From Planctomycetota bacterium (GTDB lineage: Bacteria > Planctomycetota > UBA1135 > UBA2386): 64,000 nucleotides of DNA. Shown here in pieces: positions 45,058 to 55,638 of the stretch. The stretch spans positions 1,504,001 through 1,568,000 of the forward strand of contig JBKAGP010000001.1 in the NCBI GenBank assembly GCA_046290465.1, written 5' to 3'. The notes beneath the pieces were generated by a model, which made no database searches, was not told the DNA's origin, and saw only the letters and a program-made list of their open reading frames with translations. Position 1 is the stretch's first letter; the number at the start of each line of letters is the position of its first letter. The position numbers and the translations under genes were made by a program.

Positions 45058-46911
45058 TCAGCGCGGCGCGGCGACGCGCACCAGCACCGCGCGATCCTCG
45101 AGCGTCACCAGCGCCAGGCCGTGCCGCGGCCGGAAGTCGACGTGCCGCGCCCACGATCCCAGCGCCAGCCGCGGCCCCACCACGCCGTTCTGCACGTCGA
45201 GCACGGCCAGCTGCTGCTCGTCGTCGACGCCGAGCAGGCGCCCGTCGTCGAGCCAGTGCACGTGGTGCAGCTTGCGGCCCAACCGGCCCTGCTCGGTGAG
45301 TGCGGGCAGCGCTCGCAGCACGACCTGCTCGTCGTAGACGACCGCGACGCGGCTCGCGTCCGGCGACACGGCCAGGCCCCGGAAGCGGTCGTCGGCGTCG
45401 ATCGAACCGAGCAGCCGACCGTCGGCGGCCAGCACCCGGAGGCCGTCGCGCAGCCCGAACGCGCCCGACGTGCGCACCAGCATCTGCCCCGCACGCGTTC
45501 CGCCGAGCGGCTTCACCTGCTGGATGCGTTGGTTCTCGAGCAGCACGTCCTGGTGGTCGAACACCGACTGCGCCGGGCCCCCGGCCACCAGGTCGACGAC
45601 CTGGTCGCCCCAGGTCAAGAACCGCTGGTCCTGGGACAGCGACGGCCAGCCCTCGTGGCCGCCGCGCTGGCGCAATTCGAGCTCGAACGGCACCGAACGC
45701 ACCAGGTCGACGCGCGGCTTGCCGCCACCCGAGATCTTCCACAGCTGCAGTTCGCGTCGTTCGCGTTCGTCGGTGTTGGACTTCAGCACCATCAGCGCCA
45801 GCTCGACGCCGGAGCGGTTCTCGAGGAACGTCGCGTCCTCCGGCAACCCCGCCACCGGCAGGCGGCGGCCCGACGCGACCTCGAAGATCTCGATCGAACC
45901 CGAACGGAAGCTCGGCGCCAGCGCCGCATGGCGGCCGTCGCTGGTCAGGATCGCCGACGTCGGCTGGCGCGCGTGCAGGTTGGCGAGCCGACGCGGCGCC
46001 GCACCTCGGGCATGCAGTTCGATCGCGCCGTCGACGACGCGTGCCCAGCTGCTGCCGTCGGCGCACAGCGCGACCGGCCCGCTGTCGCCGAGCGATTCCG
46101 GCTCGCCGCCGTCGACGATGCGCAGCAGGCCCTGGCCGTTGCGCACCAGCACCGTGCTGCCGTCCGCGGTCGCGTCGAGCGAGACTCCGAGGATGCCGAC
46201 CGAACGGTCCTTCCCGAGCCCCTGCAGCTTGCCGTACCAGCCGAGCCGCAGCAGCCGGCCGTCGCCGAGCCAGACCATGTCGTGCACCCAGCCGGCCTGG
46301 CGACGCCGCTCCGACAGGTCCCCCGACGTGGCGTCGAACACCAGCGTCTCGCGGCGCCGCGTGCCGACCGCGACCCGCTTCGACGCACGATCGAACGCGA
46401 TCACGTCGGCGCTGAGGTCGTCCCCGATCGGCAGCGAGCGCACCACCTCGAACGTCGCGCCGTCGAGCAGTTCGGCGTAGCCCTTCTTGCGCAGCACGCA
46501 CAGCCGTCGACCGTCGCCGCTCCAGTCGAGCGCGCGCGGGTTGGCGCACGGCGAGTCGTGCAGCAGCTCGCCGCCGCGCAGGGAGAACACCCGCAGGCGA
46601 TCGCCGACGGCGGCCAGCCGCCGGCCGTCGGGCGAGAAGCAGACGCGGCCGATCCAGTGGCCGCCTGCCGAAAGCCGGTGCCGCAGTTCGCCGCTGGCGA
46701 CGTCGTAGACGAGCACCTCCCCGCGTTCGCCGCCGGACGCCAGCTGCGTGCCGTCGGCCGAGAACTGCAGCGTCTGGCTGCGCCCGCCGCTCAGCCGGAA
46801 GGTCCGTTCGAGCCGCAGCGGTGCCGCGACCTGCGCCGGCAACCACGACGCCAGCACCGCGACCAACAACGCCGCACCTGCGGCGATCCGCGCCACGCCG
46901 GCCTGGCCCAT
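45058..46911 (-). CDS. Secreted WD40/beta-propeller protein
   Basis: Signal peptide; repeated FSxDGxxLA / SPDG motifs. Confidence 0.8.
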   Translation of the reverse strand: MGQAGVARIAAGAALLVAVLASWLPAQVAAPLRLERTFRLSGGRSQTLQFSADGTQLASGGERGEVLVYDVASGELRHRLSAGGHWIGRVCFSPDGRRLAAVGDRLRVFSLRGGELLHDSPCANPRALDWSGDGRRLCVLRKKGYAELLDGATFEVVRSLPIGDDLSADVIAFDRASKRVAVGTRRRETLVFDATSGDLSERRRQAGWVHDMVWLGDGRLLRLGWYGKLQGLGKDRSVGILGVSLDATADGSTVLVRNGQGLLRIVDGGEPESLGDSGPVALCADGSSWARVVDGAIELHARGAAPRRLANLHARQPTSAILTSDGRHAALAPSFRSGSIEIFEVASGRRLPVAGLPEDATFLENRSGVELALMVLKSNTDERERRELQLWKISGGGKPRVDLVRSVPFELELRQRGGHEGWPSLSQDQRFLTWGDQVVDLVAGGPAQSVFDHQDVLLENQRIQQVKPLGGTRAGQMLVRTSGAFGLRDGLRVLAADGRLLGSIDADDRFRGLAVSPDASRVAVVYDEQVVLRALPALTEQGRLGRKLHHVHWLDDGRLLGVDDEQQLAVLDVQNGVVGPRLALGSWARHVDFRPRHGLALVTLEDRAVLVRVAAPR

Positions 46912-46918
46912 CGCAGCG

Positions 46919-47920
46919 CTACTCCGGCAGGCGCAGACCCGACAGGGTCCAGCGCGGGTGCCAGTAGTCGAACCCGACCTTCATCTCGCCGCCGGCGACG
47001 GTGAAGTAGACCGAGCAGCTGCCGTCGGCGCGCATGCCGCCGATGCGCGCCTCCTCGAGCACCGGGCGGCGCTCGTGCCACTCGCGGCGTTCGAGCAGCG
47101 TCGCGAGCGAGTTCGCCAGGCGACCGTCGGGGATCCGCGTCAGCTCCTGCAGGCCGTCGCAGCCGGGTGCGCCCCAGGCCGCCCGGAACGCCGCGACGCC
47201 CGAGTCGACCGACGGCGGCTGCCACTCGGGCCACGCGAAGCGGGTGATGCGCCAACGATCGTTCTCGGTCAGCAACCACGCGACCCGCAGCTTGTCGCCG
47301 GCACAGTCCCACGACGTGGCCGCGCGGCGGTCGCGCCGCTCGATCTCGCACGTGCCGAGGGTGGGCATGTCGGCGAGCCAGCCCCGCTTGGTCAGCTTCG
47401 CCTTCAGCTTCGACGACGTGCGCGCGCTGTTGGCGTCGATCCTGTCGATCATCGCGTCGGCGTCGCCGGCCTGCCACAGCGCCTCGAACTCGGCCGCGGC
47501 GTCCTCGATCGCCGGCGGCAGGGTCATCGCCCAGACACCCCCGCCGACCAGGAACAGCGCCCCGACCGTCACCAGGATGATGCGCAGCGCCGACGAGTTG
47601 CCCTTCTGCGAACGCTCGCGACGCCGGGTTCGCGAACGTTCGCCGACGCCTTCTTCGGCGATGCGTTCGGCGCGGCTCTTGACGCCGTACTTGCGGCTCG
47701 GCGAGGCCACCCGCGCGGCGCCGCGCACCTCCGCCGGCGTGCGCGCCTTGCGCGCCGAACTGCCGGGCACCGGCGGCGGCGCGGGACCACCGGCCGGCGG
47801 CAGCGGCGGCGGCGCGGCCGACGGCGTCGCGGCCGGCTTCAGGCTCGCGCCGCATGCGACGCAGACCTCGGCGTCGGACTTGTTCAGGGCATCACAGTGC
47901 TCGCACGCGATCATCGGCAT
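46919..47920 (-). CDS. Zinc-ribbon + Pro-rich + single-TM membrane protein
   Basis: CEHC..CVAC N-terminus, PPPLPP linker, TM IILVTVGALFLVGGGVWAM. Confidence 0.75.
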   Translation of the reverse strand: MPMIACEHCDALNKSDAEVCVACGASLKPAATPSAAPPPLPPAGGPAPPPVPGSSARKARTPAEVRGAARVASPSRKYGVKSRAERIAEEGVGERSRTRRRERSQKGNSSALRIILVTVGALFLVGGGVWAMTLPPAIEDAAAEFEALWQAGDADAMIDRIDANSARTSSKLKAKLTKRGWLADMPTLGTCEIERRDRRAATSWDCAGDKLRVAWLLTENDRWRITRFAWPEWQPPSVDSGVAAFRAAWGAPGCDGLQELTRIPDGRLANSLATLLERREWHERRPVLEEARIGGMRADGSCSVYFTVAGGEMKVGFDYWHPRWTLSGLRLPE

Positions 47921-48025
47921 GACGGTCTCCGGGGGTTCTTCCAGCCCGGAGCTTAGCGGATCGGACGCGGCCGAACACAGCGACCATCGACCGACAGGGC
48001 CCGCGGGCCGCGCCGGGCAGGCGGC

Positions 48026-48898
<873 letters not shown>

Positions 48899-48909
48899 GT
48901 GCAGTCCTG

Positions 48910-50229
48910 TCAGTCCTGATCGTCGTCGTATCGCAGCACGGAGCGCGCCCGCAGGTCGCGGCCGCCGCGGCCCCGACCTCGGTCGCGGTCGCGGTCGCGG
49001 TCGCGATCGTGACCCCGACCGTGCGGCTCCGGCGGGTGCATGCGGTCGTTGGGCCGGCTGTACCAGCTCGGCGCGAACAGCCGCTTGATCAGCATCGTCG
49101 CGTAGGCGCCGCGCGGCAACGAGAACTGCAGCGTCGCCTTGACCTGCCCCTCGTGCATGTCGTCCGGCTCGATGCGCACGTCGGCGACGTCCTTCGGCTT
49201 GACGAACGCGTCGCGCTGCTCGTGCTTCCAGATCATGCCGGGCACCTCGTGCTCGACGAAGTCGGTGCGGCGCAGTTCGGCGCGCTTCAGCTCCTCGACC
49301 ATCGCCTTCTTGAACGGCGGGCTGCCGCCGTCGCCGTCGAGGCCGAACAGCGGCGTGCGCATCGCCTTGAGCTTCTCCTCGCGTTCGGGCGACAGGTACT
49401 TCCACGCCAGCAGGTCGCCGGCGAGCGTCGACAGGCGCAGGCGCTGCGCGCCGCGCACCGCCACCCGCAGCAGGTTGCTGAGCGCGCGGTTCCACAGGAA
49501 GCTCTGGAACGCGAACGCGTGGATCACGCGCAGGCGCAGCGGCACGAACGGCAGCGCGCCGCGGAAGTCGCGCGGGTTGTTGCAGAGGTGCTCGAACAGC
49601 GGCTCGTAGGCCGGGCCGCGCGCGATCCGCAGGCACGCCTCCCAGTCGCCCCAGCGCAGCTGCAGCGCCTTCTTGAGCTTGACGTCCCCGCTGATCGCGA
49701 CCGGCGACGGCTCGGCCACCAGCTGCTGCAGCGCGCGCTCGAAGTTGCCGTGCAGCACGCTCTGCATCGGGAACCCCTGGCCGTGGCGCAGGCTGCCGAA
49801 GCGCTGGTCGTCGAAGTAGTTCGGAAAGCCCGTCTTGACCAGCGACGGCATGCTGCGGCGCAGCGTCGCGGCCTCGGTCGGACGCAGGTCGCGCACCGTG
49901 ATCGTGAACGCGTTGCCGTCGGACTGCTTGGACGTGATCGGCTTGTCGGTGGTGCCGCACGGCGTGACGCGCAGGTTGGCGAGCTTCAGCTCGACCGCGC
50001 GCCGCTCGATGGTGATGAACTGATCGGTGACCGCCTGGCGGTCCTTGAGGCCGGCGTAGGCGATCTTGGCGCGCTCGACGTCGGCGTCGCGCGACAGCAT
50101 CGTCAGCGCCTCCGGCGTCGACAGCTTCTCTTTGTGCAGCTTGTGCACGACGAAGTCGCCGTCCGGCACTTCGTCCCATTCCAGCAGTTCGCGAACGCGG
50201 AAGTCTTCGGGCGTGGTCTTCAGTCGCAC
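48910..50229 (-). CDS. truD: tRNA pseudouridine(13) synthase TruD
   Basis: LKTTPEDFRVRE, YAGLKDRQAVTDQ, GNAFTITVR, PNYFDDQRFG, FQSFLWN, FSLPRGAYAT. Confidence 0.93.
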   Translation of the reverse strand: MRLKTTPEDFRVRELLEWDEVPDGDFVVHKLHKEKLSTPEALTMLSRDADVERAKIAYAGLKDRQAVTDQFITIERRAVELKLANLRVTPCGTTDKPITSKQSDGNAFTITVRDLRPTEAATLRRSMPSLVKTGFPNYFDDQRFGSLRHGQGFPMQSVLHGNFERALQQLVAEPSPVAISGDVKLKKALQLRWGDWEACLRIARGPAYEPLFEHLCNNPRDFRGALPFVPLRLRVIHAFAFQSFLWNRALSNLLRVAVRGAQRLRLSTLAGDLLAWKYLSPEREEKLKAMRTPLFGLDGDGGSPPFKKAMVEELKRAELRRTDFVEHEVPGMIWKHEQRDAFVKPKDVADVRIEPDDMHEGQVKATLQFSLPRGAYATMLIKRLFAPSWYSRPNDRMHPPEPHGRGHDRDRDRDRDRGRGRGGRDLRARSVLRYDDDQD

Positions 50230-51221
50230 TTGGGTCTCCGCGTGCTGTTGGCGTGCTTCTCGACGTGTCGCAGGGCGACCGCGAGGTCTTCGGGCAAAGG
50301 GGCTTCGACGTCGATCTCGGAACCGTCGACGTCACGGAACGACACGCGCTCGGCGTGCAGGAACATGCGCTGCAGCAGCGGACGTTCCTCGACACCCGTG
50401 CGCTTCTTGTAATCCGGCTTGAGGCGCGACAGCAACAACCGTTCGCCGCCGTAGTCCTCGTCGCAGACGATCGGGTGGCCGACCGACTGCAGGTGCACGC
50501 GCAGCTGGTGGCCGCGGCCGGTGGTCGGGTGCAGCGCGAGCAGCGCGTGGCGGCGGAAGCGCTGCCGCACGCGCACGTCGGTGTGCGCCTCGCGGAAGCC
50601 CTTCTTGTCGCGATCGGAGGCCACCACCATGCCGGGCCGGCGCCGATCGGGGCCGAGGAACGCGTCGATCGCGAACTCGTCCTGGTGCGGCACGCCCGCG
50701 ACCAGCGCCACGTAGGTCTTGCGCACGTGCCGTTCGCGGAACTGCTGGTCGAAGTGGCGCGCGGCCTCGAGGCCCTTGGCGAGCACCAGGCAGCCCGAGG
50801 TGTTGCGATCGAGCCGGTGCACGATGCGCAGGTCGTCGTCGGGCCGCAGCTCCTGCAGGCGGCCGTGCACCCCCGGCTCCTTGCCGTGGCGCGTCGGCAC
50901 CGACGGCACGCCGGCCGGCTTGGCGACGACCAGCGCGGTGCCGGTCTCGGCGAGCACGACGAGGTCGACGCGCGGCGCAGCGGGCGCCTCTGTGGCCGGC
51001 TCGCGCGACTCGGGCACCTGGGTCAGCGTCACGACGTCGCCGACGCGCAGGCGCCGGTCGCTGACGCACTCCTCGCCGTTCACGCTTACCTCACCGCCCG
51101 CAACGATTTGGCGCAGATCGCTGCGACGGACCCCGGGCCACGAGCGGGCCAGGAGGTCGTGCAGACGGATCCCAGCCAGCTCGCGCTCGACGACCAGGAC
51201 TTCGAACTCGGACGCGCTCAA
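50220..51221 (-). CDS. RluA family pseudouridine synthase with S4 domain
   Basis: KPAG, VHRLDRNTSG, TGRGHQLRVHL, GHPIVCD, FLHA; TTG start. Confidence 0.93.
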   Translation of the reverse strand: MSASEFEVLVVERELAGIRLHDLLARSWPGVRRSDLRQIVAGGEVSVNGEECVSDRRLRVGDVVTLTQVPESREPATEAPAAPRVDLVVLAETGTALVVAKPAGVPSVPTRHGKEPGVHGRLQELRPDDDLRIVHRLDRNTSGCLVLAKGLEAARHFDQQFRERHVRKTYVALVAGVPHQDEFAIDAFLGPDRRRPGMVVASDRDKKGFREAHTDVRVRQRFRRHALLALHPTTGRGHQLRVHLQSVGHPIVCDEDYGGERLLLSRLKPDYKKRTGVEERPLLQRMFLHAERVSFRDVDGSEIDVEAPLPEDLAVALRHVEKHANSTRRPKCD

Positions 51222-51790
51222 GGGGCGAACAGGATACGGAGCACCCGACGAGGCTCAAGCCCCCATACGGCCCAACCGTGGTCGGTAACGACCCTGTCTC
51301 GACCCGCCGCGGCCCTTGCGACACTGTCCGACGCATGAGAGCATTCCGTCTCGCGTCCGGGACACGGTAGTCCCCAACCCCGGACGCGCTCCCCTAAGTA
51401 GCCTGATCTAAACCTCTTGAGTTTTTTTTGCCAACGCGGCACGGTCCTCGCTAAGAACGAAGCATGCAGATGAGAGGCCCGTTCCAGAGTGCGAGTCGGC
51501 GGGAGCCCAAGGCCCGTCCGGCAACCGGCTTCGGAGCGGGTTCAAGCAGAGAGCTGTGTGGAGAAGACACGACGCTGATGGCCTTGGTTGGCGAGACCCA
51601 GCCATCTGGCGTAGGTCGTCGATCCGGTCGGTTGCCAGTGGCGAGCTGGCAGCAGGCCTCTGCGAAGCACCCCAGGTGCTGACGCAGGTCGGCGGCCAAG
51701 GATGAGGGGTAACACCCCATTCCCACTGCCCGGCGTTCGAGAGAACGTCGGGCAGTTTTTTTTGCCGGCCGAACTGCCGATGACACCGGC

Positions 51791-53179
51791 ATGCGGTGCT
51801 CGGTCGTCATCCCCTGCCACAACGGCGTGGAGCTGACCCGTGCCTGCCTGCAGACGCTGCTCGCGCAGACCGCGCCGCCCGACGAGATCCTGATCGTCGA
51901 CAACGCCAGCGACGACGCAACCACCGCGCTCGCCGACGAGTTCGGCCCACCGGTCCGCGTGCTGCGGCAGCAGCGCAACCTCGGCTTCGCCGGCGGCGTC
52001 AACGCGGGCCTGCGGGCCGCCAGCGGCGAAGAGCTGCTGGTGGTCAACAACGACACCCAGGCGGCCAACAACCTGATCGCCGAGCTGCGCCGCGCGCTGC
52101 ACCACAGCCCCACCATCGGTGCGGTCGCGCCGGTCAGCAACCACGTCAAGGGCGACGCCCACCTGATGGTCGGCGAGTTCGCGCGCGATCCGGAGCAACG
52201 CGAAGCGCTCGCCGAAGAACTGCAGCAGGCGCCGCTGCTGCAGGACGTCGACACGCTCGCGGGCCTGTGCCTGATGGTGCGCCGCGGCACGCTGGCCGAG
52301 GTCGGCCTGCTCGACGAACGCTTCGGCCACGGCAACTACGAGGACGACGACTTCAGCCTGCGGCTGCGCCTGCACGGCTATCGGCTGGCGGTCGCCCGGC
52401 GCGCGTTCCTGCACCACGAGGGACACGCGACGTTCCACGCGCTGGGCATCGACCTGTTCGACGAGATCGAGCGGCGTCTCGGGCAGTTCCGCGACAAGTG
52501 GCAGCACCACCCGGCCGGGCTGGCGACCATCGCCAACCTGCACAGCGACCTGCGGCTCGCCGCCGCAGCGGCCGAGGAGGCCCGGCGCCGGTGCCCGCAG
52601 TGGCTCGACGCCGACTGGCTGATCGGCCGCTTCCACGAACGCCGCGGCGACGCCGACCGCGCGATCCGCCACCTGCGCACGTTCTTGCGCCACTGCCCCG
52701 AACACGTCGAAGCCCGCCTGTTCCTCGGCACCGCGCTGCTGCGCGCCGGCCGCACCGACGAGGGCACCGCGGTGCTCGAGGCGACGCTGCGCCGGCACCG
52801 GCCGACGCGCGGCCAGGAGACCCACATGCTCGAACGGCTCGGCGAACTCGCCTACCAGCGCGGCCAGCACACCGCCGCGCTCGAGCACTTCTCGCTGGCG
52901 ACCGGGCTGATGCCCGAACGCAACGAACTGCACAACTGGCGCGGCCTGTGCCTGCTGGCGCTCGGCCGCGTTGAGGCGGCCCGGCACTCGTTCGCGCGTG
53001 CGATCGAACTGGGCCACGCGCTCGCGCACAGCAACCTCGGCGTCTGCCTGCACCGACTCGGCCACGAGGACGAGGCGTTCCGCAGCTTTGAGCAGGCGGT
53101 GGTGCTGCTGCCCGAAGACCCGATCGCGCGCGCCAACTACGACGCCGGACTGGCGGCGCGCAGCCCCGCGCCCTGCTGA
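51791..53179 (+). CDS. GT2 glycosyltransferase with C-terminal TPR repeats
   Basis: SVVIPCHN, VDNASDD, NLGFAGGVNAG, NNDT, GNYEDDD; TPR-type AHSNLGVCL..P..PIARAN. Confidence 0.9.
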   Translation: MRCSVVIPCHNGVELTRACLQTLLAQTAPPDEILIVDNASDDATTALADEFGPPVRVLRQQRNLGFAGGVNAGLRAASGEELLVVNNDTQAANNLIAELRRALHHSPTIGAVAPVSNHVKGDAHLMVGEFARDPEQREALAEELQQAPLLQDVDTLAGLCLMVRRGTLAEVGLLDERFGHGNYEDDDFSLRLRLHGYRLAVARRAFLHHEGHATFHALGIDLFDEIERRLGQFRDKWQHHPAGLATIANLHSDLRLAAAAAEEARRRCPQWLDADWLIGRFHERRGDADRAIRHLRTFLRHCPEHVEARLFLGTALLRAGRTDEGTAVLEATLRRHRPTRGQETHMLERLGELAYQRGQHTAALEHFSLATGLMPERNELHNWRGLCLLALGRVEAARHSFARAIELGHALAHSNLGVCLHRLGHEDEAFRSFEQAVVLLPEDPIARANYDAGLAARSPAPC

Positions 53180-54222
53180 CCGTCCGCGAGCCGTTCGCCG
53201 ACCATGCGCGCCCGCTCGTACGCGACCACGTCGTCGACGATCGCGCGCAGCGGGGTCTCCGGCACCCAGCCGTTGGCGGCGCGCAGGCGCTCGAGCGACG
53301 GCACGCGCCGCGGCGGATCGACGAAGCCCTGCGGGAACACGTCGTGGAACGGCACGTGGTCGACGACCGAACGGCTGGCCGCCGCGGCGATCACCAGCTC
53401 GGCCAGTTCGCCGACCGAGGTCTCGAGCGCGCTGCCGACGTTGACGACGCGACCGGGCAGCGTCTTCGAACGCGCCAGGTCCAGCAGCGCCCGCGCGACG
53501 TCGTGCACGTGCGCGAAGCAGCGCGTCTGCGCCCCTTCGCCGTAGACCGTCAGCGGCTGCGCGAGCAGCGCCTGCCGCACGAACCGCGGCAACACCATGC
53601 CGTGGTCCCCGGCCTGCCGCGGCCCGACCGTGTTGAACAGGCGCACCACCACGACCGGCAGGCCCGACTGCTCGGCGTGCGCGCCGGCCAGCCACTCGCC
53701 CATCGCCTTGGCGCAGGCGTAGCCGCCGCGCAGGCCCTCGGTCGAACCCGGCATCACCGGCGCGCCCTCGACGAACGGCACCGGGCCGTCGCCGTAGACC
53801 TCACTGCTCGACGTGATCAGCGCCGGCACGCCGCGATCGGCGGCGGCCTGCAGCATCACCTCGGTCGAGCGCAGGTTGGCCTGCATCACATCGAGCGGCT
53901 CCTCGGCCAGGCGCCGCACGCCGACCACGCCCGCCAGGTGGAACACCAGATCGGCCTGCGCGACCGCGTGGCGCGCGACCTGCGGCGCCGCCGCCGACGC
54001 GACCGTCACGCGCAGCTGCGGGTGCGCCTGCACGGCGGCCAGGTTGTCGAGGCTGCCGGTCGACAGGTCGTCGACGACGTGCACCGAAAAGCCCTCGGCG
54101 AGCAGCCGCTCGACCAGGTGCGACCCGATGAAGCCGGCGCCGCCGGTGACGACGGCGCGGCACGGCTCGGTGCAAAGCGGAGCTGGCGGCGGCGTTGCGC
54201 CGGATGGAAACGGTCGGGTCAT
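53137..54222 (-). CDS. NAD-dependent nucleotide-sugar epimerase/dehydratase
   Basis: VTGGAGFIGSHL, FHLAG, SSSEVYG, YACAK, RLFNTVGPRQ, QTRCF. Confidence 0.93.
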   Translation of the reverse strand: MTRPFPSGATPPPAPLCTEPCRAVVTGGAGFIGSHLVERLLAEGFSVHVVDDLSTGSLDNLAAVQAHPQLRVTVASAAAPQVARHAVAQADLVFHLAGVVGVRRLAEEPLDVMQANLRSTEVMLQAAADRGVPALITSSSEVYGDGPVPFVEGAPVMPGSTEGLRGGYACAKAMGEWLAGAHAEQSGLPVVVVRLFNTVGPRQAGDHGMVLPRFVRQALLAQPLTVYGEGAQTRCFAHVHDVARALLDLARSKTLPGRVVNVGSALETSVGELAELVIAAAASRSVVDHVPFHDVFPQGFVDPPRRVPSLERLRAANGWVPETPLRAIVDDVVAYERARMVGERLADGQQGAGLRAASPAS

Positions 54223-54332
54223 GCGCGATCAGGAACATAGAGCGTCGGCGCCACGGCGTCGCCAGTCCATGCCACTGGCTCCGCAAAACGTGACGCCGAC
54301 GGTCGGTGCATCCGACGCCGACCGACCTCCGA

Positions 54333-55433
54333 CTATTCCCGGCCGCGCTTCAGCTCTTCGAGAAGCTTGCGCAGCTCCTTCAGCTCGGCGCGCAGTTCGC
54401 GCAGCTCCTGCTGCAGGTCCGCGCCGTTGGCCGGCGCCCGGCGCCCGGGGCGGATGCGGCTCGGGCCGCTCGGGCCGGCCTGCTCGGGCTGGGTCGCCTC
54501 GGCGGCGCGCGCGGGCCTGGCCGGACGGGCAGGGCGCGCCGGCTTGGCGGGACGCGCCGGGCGCGCGATGCGGCGCGGCTTCGCCGGCACGACCTCGATC
54601 TCGACGACCTCGGGCTCGTGCGCCTCGACGACCACTTCGCGGGCCGGCTTCGGCTCGTGGGCTTCGACGACGACCTCGCGGGCGACCTCGGGCTCGTGGG
54701 CCTCGACGACGACCGGTCGACGGGTCGGGCGCGCGATGACGGCGCGCTCGGCACGGTCGCCGCCGCGGCTGCCGGTGGTGATCACGAGCTGCTTGACGCC
54801 GCCGTCGCGCCGCACGCCGAGGTAGGTCTTGCGACCGGCGCCGACCTTGCCGAGCGCCGTGTCGAGGTCGTCGAGGGTGCGGGTGCGGTGGTCACCGAGG
54901 TTGACGATCACGTCGCCGCTGCGCACGCCGGCCTTGGCGCACGGGCCGTCCTCGAGCACGCGGTCGACGGCGAGGCCGTCGTCGGCTTCGCGGACGCTGA
55001 CGCCCAGGTAGCCCTTGCCGCGCGGCGCGGCGATCTCGGCGACCGGCTTCGGCTCCGGTGCCGGCGGTTCTTCGCGCACCTCTTCGACGGCGACGCCAGC
55101 ACCCGCGCCGGGCTGCTCCTGGCGCTCACCGAGCTTGACGACGACGACCCGATCGCGCTTGCCGCGGCGCAGCTTGATGCGCACGCGGTCGCCGGACTGG
55201 TGGCCCTGGATCGCCTCGACGAACGACTGCCGCGTCGGCGTCTTGGTGCCGTCGACCGCGAGCATCACGTCCCCGGCCTTGATGCCGGCCTTCTGCGCGG
55301 CGGTGCCCGGGATGACCTCGCGCACGACGGCCTGGTCGGACTCCTTGAGGAAGACGCCGAGGTAGCCGGGGCCGAAGGTGGCCGCCGGGGTCATCAGCAG
55401 GAACGAGAGAAGGGTAGCGGTGAGTGCGTGCAT
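54333..55433 (-). CDS. Secreted tandem-PDZ protein with low-complexity repeats and C-terminal coiled coil
   Basis: Two GYLGV PDZ motifs with AGIKAGDV/AGVRSGDV; ELRELRAELKELRKLL tail. Confidence 0.85.
   Translation of the reverse strand: MHALTATLLSFLLMTPAATFGPGYLGVFLKESDQAVVREVIPGTAAQKAGIKAGDVMLAVDGTKTPTRQSFVEAIQGHQSGDRVRIKLRRGKRDRVVVVKLGERQEQPGAGAGVAVEEVREEPPAPEPKPVAEIAAPRGKGYLGVSVREADDGLAVDRVLEDGPCAKAGVRSGDVIVNLGDHRTRTLDDLDTALGKVGAGRKTYLGVRRDGGVKQLVITTGSRGGDRAERAVIARPTRRPVVVEAHEPEVAREVVVEAHEPKPAREVVVEAHEPEVVEIEVVPAKPRRIARPARPAKPARPARPARPARAAEATQPEQAGPSGPSRIRPGRRAPANGADLQQELRELRAELKELRKLLEELKRGRE
54507..54713. repeat. Coding tandem repeats: 39-bp (VVVEAHEPxxARE x3) and 9-bp (ARP x~6)
   Basis: Read directly in the PDZ protein translation and DNA. 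Confidence 0.8.
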
Positions 55434-55638
55434 CGTTGGGGACTCCGATAGCGGGCCGGTCCGCGCGAAGGCGCACGTCCGGTGTGGACGTAGCTACGTG
55501 CGGCCGAGCCAGGACGCAGAGCTTGTCCGAACATTCCTCGATCGCCAAACCCCAACGGCCCACCGAAGCGAATCCGGACCGATCCGGTTTGGCCGTTCTT
55601 CGTTGCCGCCCCAGCGGTTGTGTGCGACGTTCTCGGCA

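Noticed and set aside
44951..45060. Possible short gene start MSEPDAAWIRLCEVVADCADANRIAGGL
   Set aside because: Only ~36 codons before it runs antisense into the WD40 gene; perhaps a remnant, but too short to support.
51482..51545. SAM-I riboswitch-like words (TCCAGAG...GGCCC...CGGCAACC)
   Set aside because: No GGTGC partner strand for P3, no clear P1, and it points toward a glycosyltransferase rather than mtnP.
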